Made by a program: the position numbers and the translations under genes
The notes under the pieces: generated by a model
What the model was told of the DNA's origin: nothing
Database searches by the model: none
The model's input: only the letters and a program-made list of their open reading frames with translations
Shown: piece after piece, positions 57,314 to 64,000 of the stretch
Layout: every line of letters starts with the position of its first letter
Position numbering within the stretch: the stretch's first letter is position 1
Assembly (NCBI RefSeq): GCF_009914755.1
Contig: NC_060928.1
Length of the DNA stretch: 64,000 bases
From: the human T2T-CHM13v2.0 reference genome, Homo sapiens
Strand: one strand, 5' to 3'

Positions 57314-57637
57314 CTCTAGGTGATTCTGATATGTGCTATTGTGCAAGCCATTTATTTTTTCTTGTCCTTGGTCTCCTGAGCAGATACATTACGGGTTCTC
57401 AAACTGTGTGCACATGAATCATCTGGTAAGCTTATTTTAGACATTTCAAGAAGCAGAGAATTTTTCCTGACCACATACCAGGAGATTTTGATTCAATACG
57501 TCTTGGATAACTCAGTTTATGTGCATTTTAACGAGCTCTCCAAAGTAGTTCTCATATCTATGATCTGGATTAAATGGATGTCTCTCACTTTCTTCAAGCC
57601 CAAAATTGATGTGATTTTAAATGGCTCTTTGGGTTTA

Positions 57638-58058
<421 letters not shown>

Positions 58059-58429
58059 TTACTATATAATATTTTTCTGAGGCTTCTCCTTCTTGTTAAG
58101 GAAAAGAGCCTTTGGCCCTTAACTTGGAGATTTCATTATGCAGTTCTTCTAGGTAATTCTTTCAAATAGTAAACCTTAAAACACTATTCTAGGGAATGTC
58201 ACTTTTTATTGAGATGTATCTTTTTGTCCCTGCCCTGTATTTCTTATCTTTAAGCCTGTTCCCTATGGATGATGGTATATTTTCCTCATCTCAATGTCAT
58301 TCATATTTTTGTTTTTTTCTTTAGTTTTATGGTACTTCTTTATTAGAAGAATCGTTTGTGAGTCTTCCTCTTCTTTTCAGTCTTTTTTTTCTCTGTTCAT
58401 CCCTTGGATTTAGGAAATTTCCAAGCTTT

Positions 58430-59230
58430 TTCTTCTTTCCACATCTCACCCACATGTTCTTCCCTCAGGGCCTGCTTTTTCATGTTGGCTAGGAACTTGC
58501 TCAGACATCACCTTAGCGTCCACTTTATAAAGTAGCATCCAACTCCCACAACTCTCTCCTAAGCTTTAGACCTGGATGTCCCACAGTCAGGTCAGGTTAT
58601 CGTGTCTGGCATTGAACTCATTGTTCTTCACACCTGAAATCCGTGCCTTCTTTCATATTCCCTGTATTGGTAAATGGCATCACCATCAACCATCAACCAA
58701 ATGTAGCTAACATTTATCAGGTGTTTCCTGTGTGCCAGGCACTATTCTAAGATCTTCCATGTAATTCCTTACAAAATCCTTTGAGATACATTCTATTATT
58801 TTTCTCATCGTACAAATAAGGAAACCGAACCACATAGAGTTTAAGAAATTATCTCAAGGTCACAAAAGGATTAATTAATGGAGATGGAATTCAAGCCAGG
58901 CTGTCTGGTTCTAGAGCATGTAGTCCTAATTACTGTGCTTTGCTGCCTTTCTTTTTCAGTGGCTCAAGCCAGAAATCTAGGATTATCCTTTACTTCATTT
59001 TCTTCCCTCTGCATATCTGCTTGGGACTCTTGAGTTCACCTGCTAAATCTCTCTTAAAACTACACTTCTGCTTCTCTACATTCATTGTAAGGGTTCTGGT
59101 CCAGACCTTCATCATCTCTCTTCTCAACTACTATAATTGGTGTTTTCTTTCCATTCATTTATGTTATGACTGGTGTATTCTGATCATGACACTCCTCTGC
59201 ATTCACCAGTGTAGCTCCTCCACAATCAGT
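58430..59230 (+). mobile_element. L2 fragment interrupted by an antisense MIR (about 58700-58945)
   Basis: cctggatgtcccacag...aaatggcatcaccatc; MIR tagctaacatttat...gaggaaaccg. Confidence 0.6.
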
Positions 59231-59249
59231 CATCCATTGTGGGCAATGC

Positions 59250-59730
59250 TTTTCTTTTATCCATATGTGCAGGTTTGTTATATGGGTATATTGTGTGATG
59301 CTGAGGTTTGGGGTATAAATGGTCCTGTCACCTAGGTAGTGAGCATAGTACCCAATAGGTAATTTTTCAGCTCTTTCCCCCCTCCCTCTCTCTCCACTCT
59401 AATGGTCTCCAGTGTCTATTGTTCCCACTTATAAGTGAGAACATGTGGCATTTGGTTTTCTGTTCCTGCATTAATTCTCTTAGGATAATGACCTCCAGCT
59501 GCATCCATGTTGTTGCAAAGGATGTGATTTCATTCTTTTCTAATGGCTGCATAATATTCCATCATGTACATATACCACATTTTCTGTATCCAGTCCACTG
59601 TTGATGAGCACCTAGGGTGACTCTATGTCTTTACTATTGTGAATAGTGCTGTGATTAGCGTGTGAGTGCATGTGTCTTTTTGGCAGAACAACTTATTTTC
59701 CTTTGGGTATATACCCAGTAATGGGATTGC
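59250..59730 (-). mobile_element. Old L1PA (PA15/16-like) 3' end
   Basis: tgtgcaggtttgttatatggg...cccacttataagtgagaacatg...cccagtaatgggattgc. Confidence 0.85.
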
Positions 59731-59964
59731 AAATGCTGCCATAGTATTCCATTCTTTTCCTTTCATCTGACTCATCAAACTGTTTTAGTTGTTTGTTCAG
59801 TTACCTCTTTTAGACCGTGAGCTGCATCTTATTTATTTCTGTGCGTCTATCACCCAACGTAAGTATTCAATATTGATCATATGAAAGGACAAATGAATAT
59901 TTAAATGAGCCAACTGATTTCTACCAATTCTACATGCTTCCTACTTTTGTAAAATAACTCGAGC

Positions 59965-64000
<4,036 letters not shown>

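Larger units (their letters stand above)
56540..57345 (+). mobile_element. MER5A split by AluJ and MER1B
   Basis: ggttctcaaagtgcggtccc...aacaagccctctaggt...gattctgat pieces in consensus order. Confidence 0.75.

Overview
AT-rich, CpG-poor primate (most likely human) intronic DNA dominated by interspersed repeats (Alu, L1, L2, MIR, LTR solos, DNA transposon fossils). There is no intact protein-coding gene: the ORF track is almost entirely Alu-, L1- or chance-derived. Two + strand non-coding exons with clean splice signals (25771-25878, 108 nt; 53588-53712, 125 nt) match my recollection of the 5' UTR of FHIP1A/FAM160A1 (4q31.3), which needs BLAST confirmation. Spliced together they carry five uATGs in four uORFs, one spanning the junction. 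The most unusual structures are retrotransposition and repair relics: an LTR R/U5 fragment apparently retroposed by L1 machinery (52555-52724), a candidate L1PB 3' transduction (42533-43142), a 67-bp-arm L1-derived fold-back hairpin (54660-54842), a templated local insertion inside MER2 (7634-7848), a perfect 157-bp-period tandem duplication (1-278), a MADE1 (miR-548-type) hairpin with an expanded loop, and several deep nested insertions. I see no evidence of a new multi-gene system. Repeat subfamily names come from remembered consensus sequences, and boundaries of old repeats are approximate.
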